From contig JBAZRV010000006.1 of assembly GCA_041662745.1 (NCBI GenBank), forward strand, positions 11,215 through 43,214: a stretch of DNA of 32,000 bases. The letters run 5' to 3'. Both the position numbers and the translations under genes were made by a program. Position 1 is the first letter of the stretch. Each line of letters opens with the position of its first letter. Source of the stretch: Patescibacteria group bacterium (GTDB lineage Bacteria > Patescibacteriota > Patescibacteriia > 2-01-FULL-39-33). Below, one piece after another: positions 17,415 through 25,425 of this stretch. The notes beneath the pieces were generated by a model that had not been told where the DNA came from, searched no databases, and was given only the letters and a program-made list of their open reading frames with translations.

Positions 17415-17447
17415 AAAAACCACCTTGAGCAACTGGGCGGTTTTTTA
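17415..17447 (+). terminator. Terminator-like hairpin after polA
   Basis: AAAAACCACC..GGCGGTTTTTT, with one A/C mismatch in the stem, followed by a T-run. Confidence 0.5.
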
Positions 17448-17471
17448 TAATTAGGATTCAAGGAGTAGATA

Positions 17472-17500
17472 TTGACAAAGCATAATTAGTATGGTAATCT
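17472..17500 (+). promoter_or_regulatory. Putative promoter (TTGACA-17-TAATCT)
   Basis: TTGACA at 17472-17477, a 17-nt spacer, and TAATCT at 17495-17500. Confidence 0.45.
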
Positions 17501-17555
17501 GAAAAAGAATTATTGAACATTTAAATTAAGACCTAAAACAAAGGAGGATCAAATA

Positions 17556-18131
17556 ATGGCTAACATATTGAAAAAAGAACCGCAAACAGAAATGGAATAC
17601 TGGGAGGCGATTGATGGTATCGGGGGGATAATCTGGAACACAAATCACGATATCGGCCATGGACGGTACGAAAATTCTTCAGAGATAGAACAATACCTGA
17701 CCGATGCCCAAGAAACCATTGAACGCTTAGTCAATGAATTAGCTGATAAATTCGGAGTAATCCCTCCCCGGGATTGCCCCAAGTCAAAACCAGGCGAAAA
17801 AGTTCCACCGGCGTCGGAAGGAAAAACCTATTACTGGGATTGGTATTATGCGAAAAAAGCAGAAGCCAAAAAACAATATTATGAAAGCATTATTTGTTCC
17901 GCCTGCCCCTATAGTGAAGGATTAGAGAGTATGACAGGTTTTAATGTCCCATGCGAACTTTGGAAAGGCGTCCTTTACCGGCTTACTTTTCCATATCTGT
18001 GTGCAATGCTAGGGGATTACGGCCAGGAAAAACTTCACCAAATAATTCAACAAAGGGGCGGCGAACAGGCGCTCAAAGTTTTTAAAGAAAAACTGGAGAC
18101 TCTGAAAAAAGACTTTGGAAAAAAGAAGTAG
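17556..18131 (+). CDS. Hypothetical protein (191 aa), no recognised family
   Basis: A strong AAAGGAGGA RBS lies 6 nt upstream, and the gene has its own promoter-like site and terminator. The sequence is Trp/Tyr-rich and contains several Cys. Confidence 0.6.
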   Translation: MANILKKEPQTEMEYWEAIDGIGGIIWNTNHDIGHGRYENSSEIEQYLTDAQETIERLVNELADKFGVIPPRDCPKSKPGEKVPPASEGKTYYWDWYYAKKAEAKKQYYESIICSACPYSEGLESMTGFNVPCELWKGVLYRLTFPYLCAMLGDYGQEKLHQIIQQRGGEQALKVFKEKLETLKKDFGKKK

Positions 18132-18198
18132 CCGACAGATAATAATGCTCATTTGACACCACTCAAGCATCTGCTGCGAGTGGCGTTTTTTATTAACC

Positions 18199-18232
18199 AA
18201 AAAACCGCCAAGGCCAAGTCTAGGCGGTTTTA
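18199..18232. terminator. Bidirectional terminator
   Basis: AAAACCGCC..GGCGGTTTT lies between convergent genes ending at 18131 (+) and 18248 (-). Confidence 0.6.
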
Positions 18233-18247
18233 TAAATGTGCAAAATA

Positions 18248-19312
18248 TTAAGCGCAATAGACGGCTAAGGCCTTATCTATCGCTACCTTAAACTGCTCTT
18301 GATGATGGCTCATAACCTTATAGCGTAAAAACGACTTGCGAGCGCGAAGCAAGCTGGCGCCATTATCATATTTGAATACGGGATCGCCGCTTATGTAATC
18401 AGTCAGGTATCTGATACCCAGCTCCAAAGAAATAATTCTTCCGGCCAACGCAAAATGCTCAATCTCCTCCGGCAACAGCAGTCTGCCCGTACCGGCCAAA
18501 TAGCCGTTAAGCAAAGCGCTGAAACATTCGGTCGGAGAGGGGCGCTCGTCAAACTCCACGCCCAAAGCCGAACGGAACATATCGCCGAAATCAAATAAGC
18601 TATAGCCCGCCATAGTGGTATCCAAATCAATCACTGCCACCGCCGCGCCCGTGCTTTTATCCAATAAAACATTATCTATCCCCGTATCATTGTGCGTTAA
18701 CCGCAAAGGAATATTACCGCCGTTAATCAGCGCGGAGAATTCCATGATCTCCTCCAGCCGGCTTTTAACAAACTCAATTTCTTTCAGACAGTCGGCAACT
18801 CGGCCGAATTGATCTTGCTGTCGCGCCAAGACTAGCTGTTCATAACGCCATAGGGTATTATGAAAATCGGACACGACCACATTAAGCGCATTAAGCGGCA
18901 ACTTGACTAGCAAAGCTAAGTATTGGCCGTAGGCTTTGGCGATTTCATACGCCTGATAGATATTTTCAATCCTCTGACAGCTGTAAGAATGATCAAAAAA
19001 ATCATATAAGCGCCAATAAGCTCCCGCCTCATCGCGATGCCACAAAGCGCTGCCGTCTTTCAAGCCGACAGCGGACAAACCCAGCGCCTGGCCGCGGCCA
19101 GACACGATGGCAGAAAAATTCTCTAACAGTTTCAGCGGTTCAGGAAAATACTGGTCATTAACTCGCTGTAATAAGTATGACTTGCCGGCCAGAGTAACGC
19201 AAAAACTGTCATTAATCGCGCCTTTACCGTAACGCTCAATGCTGTCCGGCCGCGCGTCCAGAAACTTATGGGCGACCTCTGCCAAATATTCAAAATCGAA
19301 TTGTTGTTTCAT
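18248..19312 (-). CDS. N-acetylhexosamine 1-kinase-like phosphotransferase (APH/NahK family)
   Basis: 'IPLRLTHNDTGIDNVLLD' (HxDxxxxN catalytic loop) and 'VIDLDTTMAGYSLFDFGD' resemble Bifidobacterium NahK as I recall it. Start chosen at the internal Met (MKQQF) with a GGGAGG RBS, which avoids overlap with the upstream gene. Confidence 0.7.
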   Translation of the reverse strand: MKQQFDFEYLAEVAHKFLDARPDSIERYGKGAINDSFCVTLAGKSYLLQRVNDQYFPEPLKLLENFSAIVSGRGQALGLSAVGLKDGSALWHRDEAGAYWRLYDFFDHSYSCQRIENIYQAYEIAKAYGQYLALLVKLPLNALNVVVSDFHNTLWRYEQLVLARQQDQFGRVADCLKEIEFVKSRLEEIMEFSALINGGNIPLRLTHNDTGIDNVLLDKSTGAAVAVIDLDTTMAGYSLFDFGDMFRSALGVEFDERPSPTECFSALLNGYLAGTGRLLLPEEIEHFALAGRIISLELGIRYLTDYISGDPVFKYDNGASLLRARKSFLRYKVMSHHQEQFKVAIDKALAVYCA

Positions 19313-19329
19313 AATATGCCTCCCATCGA

Positions 19330-19986
19330 TTAAAGCGCGATTATATTTTCTCCGATACCACTGAATATGGATATGTGACAATTGCCAAAAGGCATAAGCT
19401 GCAATCGTTCTTTGGCCTTGTCAATTGTGACGTCCATAATCAGCCGCCAGAACAAGATACCCCATTTGCCATGACCAACAACCAGGATCGTCTTAAAACC
19501 ACTGTAACAACCATAGAAAAAATCATTTAAAAAAGAGCGAATCTGCAATTCTACATCAGGTCCGGACTGGCCGCCCGGTGCGCGGTAATGATACCAGCCT
19601 TCGCGCTTTTGGATTTGTTCCTCAAGCGGATACAGCCGAACAATATCCGCCTTGCTCATTGTGTGCCAGATGCCGCGCCACCATTCGTCCAAACGAGAAT
19701 CCATAATCGGTTTCAAACCGCAAGGGTTATAAACTTCTGTAATTCCCTGCAGGGTTTGTTCGGTTCGCAGATAGCTGGAAAAAAATGCTTGCTCCCAAGA
19801 AAGTCCCACAATCTTTAAAGCCCGACCGGCATGATGCGCTTGGTTTTGACCGTTTAATGTCAGGGGAAACCGATGATTCGGCAATTCAACCAATGACTCA
19901 TCGTCCAAACCCTTGGCATTACCGATTGATTCACCATGGCGCACAAAAATAATTTTTTTACCACTATCTTTAAGCTGCTGCAACAT
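19330..19986 (-). CDS. Histidine phosphatase family protein (phosphoglycerate-mutase-like)
   Basis: N-terminal 'FVRHGES' RHG motif and a C-terminal 'VVGHG' second catalytic His. Confidence 0.8.
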   Translation of the reverse strand: MLQQLKDSGKKIIFVRHGESIGNAKGLDDESLVELPNHRFPLTLNGQNQAHHAGRALKIVGLSWEQAFFSSYLRTEQTLQGITEVYNPCGLKPIMDSRLDEWWRGIWHTMSKADIVRLYPLEEQIQKREGWYHYRAPGGQSGPDVELQIRSFLNDFFYGCYSGFKTILVVGHGKWGILFWRLIMDVTIDKAKERLQLMPFGNCHISIFSGIGENIIAL

Positions 19987-20056
19987 ATTCTTTTCTCCTT
20001 TTTGCCCTCCGAAACATTAGTGTAGGAGGGTGGTTGTAAAGTGCGGTTTACTTTCT

Positions 20057-20815
20057 TTATTTCTTAATCGCTTGCCAATTAAATTCAAAAATCTGTTTTT
20101 GCATCTGATAAATTGACTCATTCTCCACTACCACGCCGAGGGAATTGCCGGAATCATCCAATCCGATGTGGGCGATCTTGCCGCCGTAGATCAATTCATG
20201 CGTCATTCTCAGGTTATCGCCGGCCACGGGAATCTGCCGTCTTTCATCCAGGCCGAAAATTCCGCCCGCTTCGCCCAGAGAAACCACGCGTACGATTATC
20301 TTTTTATCGGTTCGCTTTTTATTGAAATCGGGCATAGCCGTATAAAGATGCTTGCGATCCTCAGCGGCGCCGGAAGAATAAACAAAATAAACCTTATCCT
20401 CACGATTTCTCATGGTTTCCAACACGTCCTGCAGAATCTGCTTCATGCCTTGGTCGCCCTCATAAAATTTAACGGCCGGCCGATTGCCACTGCGTTCAAA
20501 AATCGCTTGCAAACGAGGCAAATTCTCTTTGATGTCCTCTTTAACCAGGGCCAGTTTCTCTTCGCGGTCTTCCAGGGCGTTTAAGAGCTTTTCCGGCGGT
20601 TCGGCCACAAAGAACTGTTTGGTTTGCTTGTGGTAATAAGTAACCAGCCCGACGGCAATAAGCGCTTTCAAAATATCATAGGTTGTTCCCCGATTAATCC
20701 CGGCTTTATCGGCCACGACGCGAACGGAAGACGGCCCCAATTCAATCAAAGCCAAGTAAACCGAGGTTTCCTTGTCGCTCAAGCCGAAATTTCTTAATAA
20801 CGATTGTATTTCCAT
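20057..20815 (-). CDS. TrmB-family transcriptional regulator
   Basis: N-terminal wHTH 'GLSDKETSVYLALIELGPSSVRVVADKAGINRGTTYDILKAL' is typical of TrmB, with a C-terminal effector-like domain. Confidence 0.8.
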   Translation of the reverse strand: MEIQSLLRNFGLSDKETSVYLALIELGPSSVRVVADKAGINRGTTYDILKALIAVGLVTYYHKQTKQFFVAEPPEKLLNALEDREEKLALVKEDIKENLPRLQAIFERSGNRPAVKFYEGDQGMKQILQDVLETMRNREDKVYFVYSSGAAEDRKHLYTAMPDFNKKRTDKKIIVRVVSLGEAGGIFGLDERRQIPVAGDNLRMTHELIYGGKIAHIGLDDSGNSLGVVVENESIYQMQKQIFEFNWQAIKK

Positions 20816-21127
20816 ATTTACCCCGAGTGAATTTAATTACATTACTATCTTACCTTGCCTGTTTTTATTTGTCAAGACTTTTTCTACATTTTTTATTATT
20901 TTATAATATTTTATCTAAATTTAGAATATTTTATAGCTTATTTTATTAACTTTTTTTCTACATTTTTATAGTTATCCACAGGAAGAAAAATTACTGGCAC
21001 AAATCCTGCAACTGAATCAAAAAATTCCGGCGATTGTCATTTATCCTAAAATCAGCTAAAATTATCTCGTGTTCCGGCATTTGCTGTGTATGCTATTTGC
21101 TATGCGCCATATGCAATAAGCCATTTT

Positions 21128-22105
21128 ATGATATTTTTCGTTTACGGCACGGAATCGCATTTATGCCGCCAAAAAGTCGCAGAACTGCAGGCTGGCTTTA
21201 TCCAAAAACGGGATAAGGGCAGTCTTAACATCGTCCGATTGAAAGGCGAGGACTTGGATTTTGACCGCCTGTCGCAAGAAGCTCTCACCACTCCCTTTCT
21301 GGGAGAACGCAAGCTGATTATCATTGAACAGCTTTTGGCTGACATGTCCGCCGGCAAAAAAAAGCTGCGCGACCAAGTTTTGGATTTCCTCAAAGCCAAG
21401 GAGTCGGTGATTGATAATAACCTAATGTTTGTTGATCTGTTTGAAGAAGAGAAAAAGATGCCGGAGAAGGACGCGCTTTTTAATTTCTTAGCCAAACAAA
21501 AATTCGCTTACAAGTTGCTTCGCCTTAAAGATCGCGAGTTAAGCGGCTGGATCAAGAAATACTGCGAGGGCAAAAAAATAAAAATCGCTCCGGCGGCTGT
21601 CAGCGAATTGTTGCTCTTGGTCGGCAATGACTTGACCCAATTGACCAATGAACTGAACAAGTTAGGGGCGTACAAAGCTGAAGAACTGATTGTTGCTGGC
21701 GATGTCAAACTTTTAGTCAAGGCCAAGATTGACGATGATGCTTTTATTTTGACTGACGCTCTGGGCGACAAGAATCGCGAACACGCGCTGGAACTGCTGA
21801 GCCGGCAATTTCTCTCCGGCGCCGAACCGCTGGCGCTGCTGGGATCAATCAATTGGCAATTCAAACTGATTCTTAAAGCCAAAACCCTGCTGGAAAACAA
21901 CCCTCGCCTGACGCCGGAAGGCGCAGCCAAGGAAATCGGCGTTCACGCTTATCCGGCCCGTAAAAGCTTAGGCTTTGCCAAAAGTTTCACTCTCAAGCAG
22001 CTGATTAACATTCAAAATGACTTATTGGACATAGAGCGCCAGCTCAAATCCGGCGCCAAAAATCCGGAATTATTGTTTGATTTGTTTGTGATAAAATATT
22101 GTTGA
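21128..22105 (+). CDS. holA: DNA polymerase III delta subunit
   Basis: 'FFVYGTESHLCRQKV..', 'PFLGERKLIII' and overall delta-like helical repeats. Start moved to the internal Met at 21128 (MIFFVYG). Confidence 0.75.
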   Translation: MIFFVYGTESHLCRQKVAELQAGFIQKRDKGSLNIVRLKGEDLDFDRLSQEALTTPFLGERKLIIIEQLLADMSAGKKKLRDQVLDFLKAKESVIDNNLMFVDLFEEEKKMPEKDALFNFLAKQKFAYKLLRLKDRELSGWIKKYCEGKKIKIAPAAVSELLLLVGNDLTQLTNELNKLGAYKAEELIVAGDVKLLVKAKIDDDAFILTDALGDKNREHALELLSRQFLSGAEPLALLGSINWQFKLILKAKTLLENNPRLTPEGAAKEIGVHAYPARKSLGFAKSFTLKQLINIQNDLLDIERQLKSGAKNPELLFDLFVIKYC

Positions 22106-22189
22106 CAAACAAGGCAGTTTGATCTAAGCTGGAATGGGTTTTAATCGCACCTTAGCAACAAGCAAACCAACTGAAAGGAAGGAGAAACC

Positions 22190-22444
22190 ATGAGCGAACA
22201 GCCGACGGATATCGTCACTTTTTGCGATGATAGCAACCCCTTTACCCGCAATCCGCGCCAACAGGTTGATGGCAATGCCAAATATTTAAGGATCGTTGCC
22301 AGGACCCACAACAAAGACGGAACCATTAGCGATGAAATTCTTTTTACCGGCGACAAGTTTCGCGAGGGATCGGAACACAATGGAAGATTGGCCGTTTGCC
22401 ATTGCGCAGCTTGCGCCAGCAAGACCGTAAAAGCTCCTTCGTAA
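22190..22444 (+). CDS. Hypothetical small protein (84 aa)
   Basis: Strong GGAAGGAGA RBS and a terminator directly downstream. C-terminal CHCAAC cluster. No family recognised. Confidence 0.5.
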   Translation: MSEQPTDIVTFCDDSNPFTRNPRQQVDGNAKYLRIVARTHNKDGTISDEILFTGDKFREGSEHNGRLAVCHCAACASKTVKAPS

Positions 22445-22462
22445 ATACGCTTCATAAGTACG

Positions 22463-22490
22463 AAAAAACCGCTCGCTTGAGCGGCTTTTA
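22463..22490. terminator. Bidirectional terminator
   Basis: A6-CCGCTC-GCTT-GAGCGG-CTTTT lies between the convergent 22190 ORF and rlmN. Confidence 0.75.
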
Positions 22491-22492
22491 TT

Positions 22493-23524
22493 TTATTGTT
22501 TTTTTCTCTTGCCAGCCAATTGTCCGCAAGCGCCGGCGATATCTCCGCCCAAGGACCTGCGAATCGTCGTTTCTATGCCGGAACGGTTTAAAATTATTTT
22601 AAAACGCTTAATCTGCTCCAAAGGCGAAGCCCTGAAACGGCGGCTGACCGCGCCGGAACGGGAGATGACGGGATTATAGGGAATCAAGTTTACCATAACT
22701 AATTTCTTAGGCAACTGCTCCAAAAGCTTAACCAGTTCGTTCGCCTGCTCATTGCCGTCATTGACACCATCAATCATCACATATTCAAACATCAGCTTTC
22801 GTCCCTTCGCCTTCAAATACAATTTAAGCTGATTAAACAACTCCGCCAAGCTATAGCTGGAAGCAATCGGCATCAACTCCCGCCGCAATTCGTCATTGGG
22901 CGCATGCAAAGAAATCGCCAAATTGATCTGCAAGGGATAGCGGGTTAGGTGTTTAAGGCCTTCCAGCAAACCGCAAGTGGAAACGGAAATTGATCGGGCC
23001 GCCAGTCCGAAACCGTCCTGACTATTGATCAAATCAATCGCTTCAGCGACATTGCGCCAATTCAAAAGCGGTTCGCCCATACCCATAAACACTACGTTGT
23101 CTATTCTTTCGCCTTCGGTTTTGAGTCGGCGAGCAAAATAAACCGCCTGCTCAATGATTTCTTCGGTCATCAGATTGCGTTCAAAGCCATTTTGGCCGGT
23201 AGCGCAGAATAAACAACCCAAGGGACAGCCGACCTGCGAAGAAACGCAGACCGTAAAGCGGCCATCGGCATTTTCTATCAGTACCGCTTCAATCAAAGCC
23301 CCGTCGGCCAATTTAATCAATGCCTTGCGGCTTGAACCGCTTGCCGTTTCTGTGGCGTTGATCTCTAAGGGGCAATTGTCTTTAAGTTTTTGTTTAAGCT
23401 CAGCGGGCAGGGTGGTGGCTTCATCCCAATTGCCGATTAATTTCAAATACACCGCCTGCTTGATTTGTTTCAAACGGTAAGCGGGCTGGCCGGCTAATAT
23501 TTTATTTAAGGCTGATAAATCCAT
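22493..23524 (-). CDS. rlmN: 23S rRNA/tRNA adenine-C2 methyltransferase, radical SAM
   Basis: 'CVSSQVGCPLGCLFCATG' radical-SAM cluster, 'FMGMGEPLLN', and a C-terminal 'GGDIAGACGQL' with the conserved Cys. Confidence 0.9.
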   Translation of the reverse strand: MDLSALNKILAGQPAYRLKQIKQAVYLKLIGNWDEATTLPAELKQKLKDNCPLEINATETASGSSRKALIKLADGALIEAVLIENADGRFTVCVSSQVGCPLGCLFCATGQNGFERNLMTEEIIEQAVYFARRLKTEGERIDNVVFMGMGEPLLNWRNVAEAIDLINSQDGFGLAARSISVSTCGLLEGLKHLTRYPLQINLAISLHAPNDELRRELMPIASSYSLAELFNQLKLYLKAKGRKLMFEYVMIDGVNDGNEQANELVKLLEQLPKKLVMVNLIPYNPVISRSGAVSRRFRASPLEQIKRFKIILNRSGIETTIRRSLGGDIAGACGQLAGKRKKQ

Positions 23525-23532
23525 AGCGATGC

Positions 23533-23562
23533 AAAAAGTCCCGCACCAGGCGGGAACTTTTT
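23533..23562 (-). terminator. Hairpin with flanking A/T runs between rpsT and rlmN
   Basis: AAAAAGTCCCG..CGGGAACTTTTT. On the minus strand it follows the rpsT stop. Confidence 0.55.
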
Positions 23563-23825
23563 TATTTCATCAAAGAGTTAAGTTTCTTCATCAGTCTTGA
23601 TTTCTTCCGAGCGGCGGCGTTTTTGGCGATAATCTTTTTGCCGGCGGCTTTGTCAATAACTTTGATAGCGGCTTTGACTTTTTCCGCGGCCTGTTTTTCC
23701 TTGGCGGCGATCATCTTCTGTGAATCCTTAACCAGCTCCTTAATGGCGTGCTTGACCTTGTAATTTCTTAAGGCGCGTTTGGCGCTTTGGCGCAAAGCCT
23801 TGGCGGCGCTTTTTTTATTAGGCAT
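23562..23825 (-). CDS. rpsT: 30S ribosomal protein S20
   Basis: 'MPNKKSAAKALRQSAKRALRN' is the canonical S20 N-terminus. Start taken at the internal Met (23825) rather than the track's 23909. Confidence 0.9.
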   Translation of the reverse strand: MPNKKSAAKALRQSAKRALRNYKVKHAIKELVKDSQKMIAAKEKQAAEKVKAAIKVIDKAAGKKIIAKNAAARKKSRLMKKLNSLMK

Positions 23826-23914
23826 AAATTTAGTTCGTAGGTAGTGATTTGTAGTTAATAATATGTGAGAGCTTGTTAAAATAATAACAAATACTTTGGC
23901 CTTTGTCAATCAAA

Positions 23915-23997
23915 TGCCGAAGGGGAGACTCGAACTCCCACGGGACAAGCCCACATGCTCCTAAGGCATGCGTGTATACCAATTTCACCACTTCGGC
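23915..23997 (-). tRNA. tRNA-Leu (anticodon UAG), class II with long variable arm
   Basis: Folded by hand: acceptor GCCGAAG/CUUCGGC, anticodon stem CAUGC/GCAUG with loop CUUAGGA, variable arm GGGCUUGUCCC, and T arm GGGAG-UUCGAGU-CUCCC. No encoded CCA. Confidence 0.9.
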
Positions 23998-24010
23998 ATA
24001 AATTAACTAA

Positions 24011-24039
24011 ATTATAGCATTTAAAATAAGAAAAATCAA
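24011..24039 (-). promoter_or_regulatory. Putative promoter for tRNA-Leu/rpsT (TTGATT-17-TATAAT on the minus strand)
   Basis: The reverse complement of 24034-24039 is TTGATT and that of 24011-24016 is TATAAT, with 17-nt spacing. The predicted TSS is a few nt before the tRNA 5' end. Confidence 0.5.
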
Positions 24040-24228
24040 CCCTCCGACAATAACGGTTTGACAAAAAACAACAAAGGAGTAAGATAGTAAATCAACTTAA
24101 AACAACGAACCGGCCTTATTAGGCTTACCTCCTTAATCATCCTTAAAACATTGACTCAAGCCTCTCTTTCGGTTAAACTTCAATTGTTATTAATCCCCTT
24201 AGAGTCCTAATAAAAAACATCTAAAAAT

Positions 24229-25320
24229 ATGAAAAAAATCATTCTCGCGCTCATCTGTGGCGCCGGCCTGCTCGCCGTTTCCCAGCCCGCCTGGGCTTAC
24301 GTCGCCAGCGAAGGCAATCTAATCAAAACCGGCAATAACCCGGCCGTCTATTATATTGATGGCGGCGGTTATCGGCATCTTTTCCCCAATCAAGCGGTTT
24401 TCTTCAGTTGGTATAAAGGCTCATGGAGCGACCAGTACATCATTACCGTAACCGATTATGAACTCTTGCAAATCCCGACGGGTAAAAACGTCACGGTCAA
24501 ACCGGGCTATGCCTTGATTCATTTTGACAACAGCTTAAGGATGTACGCCGTCTTGCCCGGCGGAAAGTTATGCCGCGCTCCGGCCCATTACAATAATTAT
24601 CAATACAATCGTTCTCTGATTATTCCGGCCGGCTTTGAAAGCGACTACTATAATGACGGGGCCTGCGATATTACCGAAGGCCAAAAACTGCCTGACGGCA
24701 CGCTCTTAAGGTACGCGGGATCTAATGATGTTTACTATATTCAAAACAGCCAAAAAAGGCACGTGACCGGATCCGGCTTCAACGCTAATAACTTCCGTTG
24801 GGACTCGGTGATTGAGAATGTTGATTCTTCCATGTACTACCCTGATGGCGGGGACATTTCCGCCCGCGAAGACAACATTTACAGCGTCAGCTACAGTTTT
24901 GGCAACAACTATTATAGCGGTTACAATTATAGTTGCAGTGAAAATTGGACTTGTTATGCTTGGAGCGCTTGCGCTAACGGTTCGCAATCCCGCACTTGCT
25001 GGGACAATAACAATTGCGGCACGACTTACAACAAGCCGATTACCGCCCAGGCTTGCTACAGTTGCAGCGAGAGCTGGACCTGCGGTTCTTGGTCGGCCTG
25101 TTCTTACGGCAGGCAATACCGCACTTGCTGGGACAATAACAGCTGCGGCACGACCGCTAATAAGCCGATCACCTCTCAAACTTGCTACAGTTGCAATGAA
25201 AGCTGGAGTTGCACCTCTTGGAGCGTCTGTTCCAAGGGGACAAAATACAGGGAATGCCTGGATATCAACCGTTGCAGCACTGCGACCGGCAAACCGTCCG
25301 TAACGCAATCCTGCAATTAA
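24229..25320 (+). CDS. Secreted protein with N-terminal beta-rich repeats and three C-terminal Cys-rich WxxWSxC (thrombospondin-type-1-like) repeats
   Basis: Signal peptide MKKIILALICGAGLLAVSQPAWA. Three copies of a 43-aa unit, YSC(S/N)E(N/S)W(T/S)CxxWSxCxxGxxxRxCxDxNxC(G/S)T..KPxxxQxC. Confidence 0.8.
   Translation: MKKIILALICGAGLLAVSQPAWAYVASEGNLIKTGNNPAVYYIDGGGYRHLFPNQAVFFSWYKGSWSDQYIITVTDYELLQIPTGKNVTVKPGYALIHFDNSLRMYAVLPGGKLCRAPAHYNNYQYNRSLIIPAGFESDYYNDGACDITEGQKLPDGTLLRYAGSNDVYYIQNSQKRHVTGSGFNANNFRWDSVIENVDSSMYYPDGGDISAREDNIYSVSYSFGNNYYSGYNYSCSENWTCYAWSACANGSQSRTCWDNNNCGTTYNKPITAQACYSCSESWTCGSWSACSYGRQYRTCWDNNSCGTTANKPITSQTCYSCNESWSCTSWSVCSKGTKYRECLDINRCSTATGKPSVTQSCN
24928..25314 (+). 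repeat. 3 x 129-bp in-frame tandem coding repeat
   Basis: Units start at 24928, 25057 and 25186, each 43 codons, with conserved Cys/Trp positions. Confidence 0.9.
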
Positions 25321-25358
25321 TCCGCTGTCCACCGACTATCGCCAAAAATAAAGATCAG

Positions 25359-25396
25359 AAAAAGCCCGGCAACCAGTCGGAGCTTTTTCTTTTTGT
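25359..25396 (+). terminator. Terminator-like hairpin + T-run
   Basis: AAAAAGCCCGG..TCGGAGCTTTTTCTTTTT. Confidence 0.5.
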
Positions 25397-25425
25397 TATT
25401 TTAATGCTAAAATGAAATCACTAAT

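Noticed and set aside
19313-19381. Longer N-terminal extensions proposed by the ORF track (kinase start at 19381; also holA at 21086 and rpsT at 23909)
   Set aside because: The extensions overlap neighbouring genes or the tRNA region, lack an RBS, and add non-conserved residues. The internal Mets restore canonical N-termini: MKQQF with GGGAGG, MIFFVYG, and MPNKKSAAKA.
24706-25332. 208-aa (-) and 163-aa (+) ORFs overlapping the secreted-protein gene
   Set aside because: These are shadow frames of the repeat-rich 3' part of the 24229-25320 gene. They give low-complexity Ala/Arg/Thr-rich translations, while the annotated frame has a signal peptide and conserved Cys/Trp periodicity.
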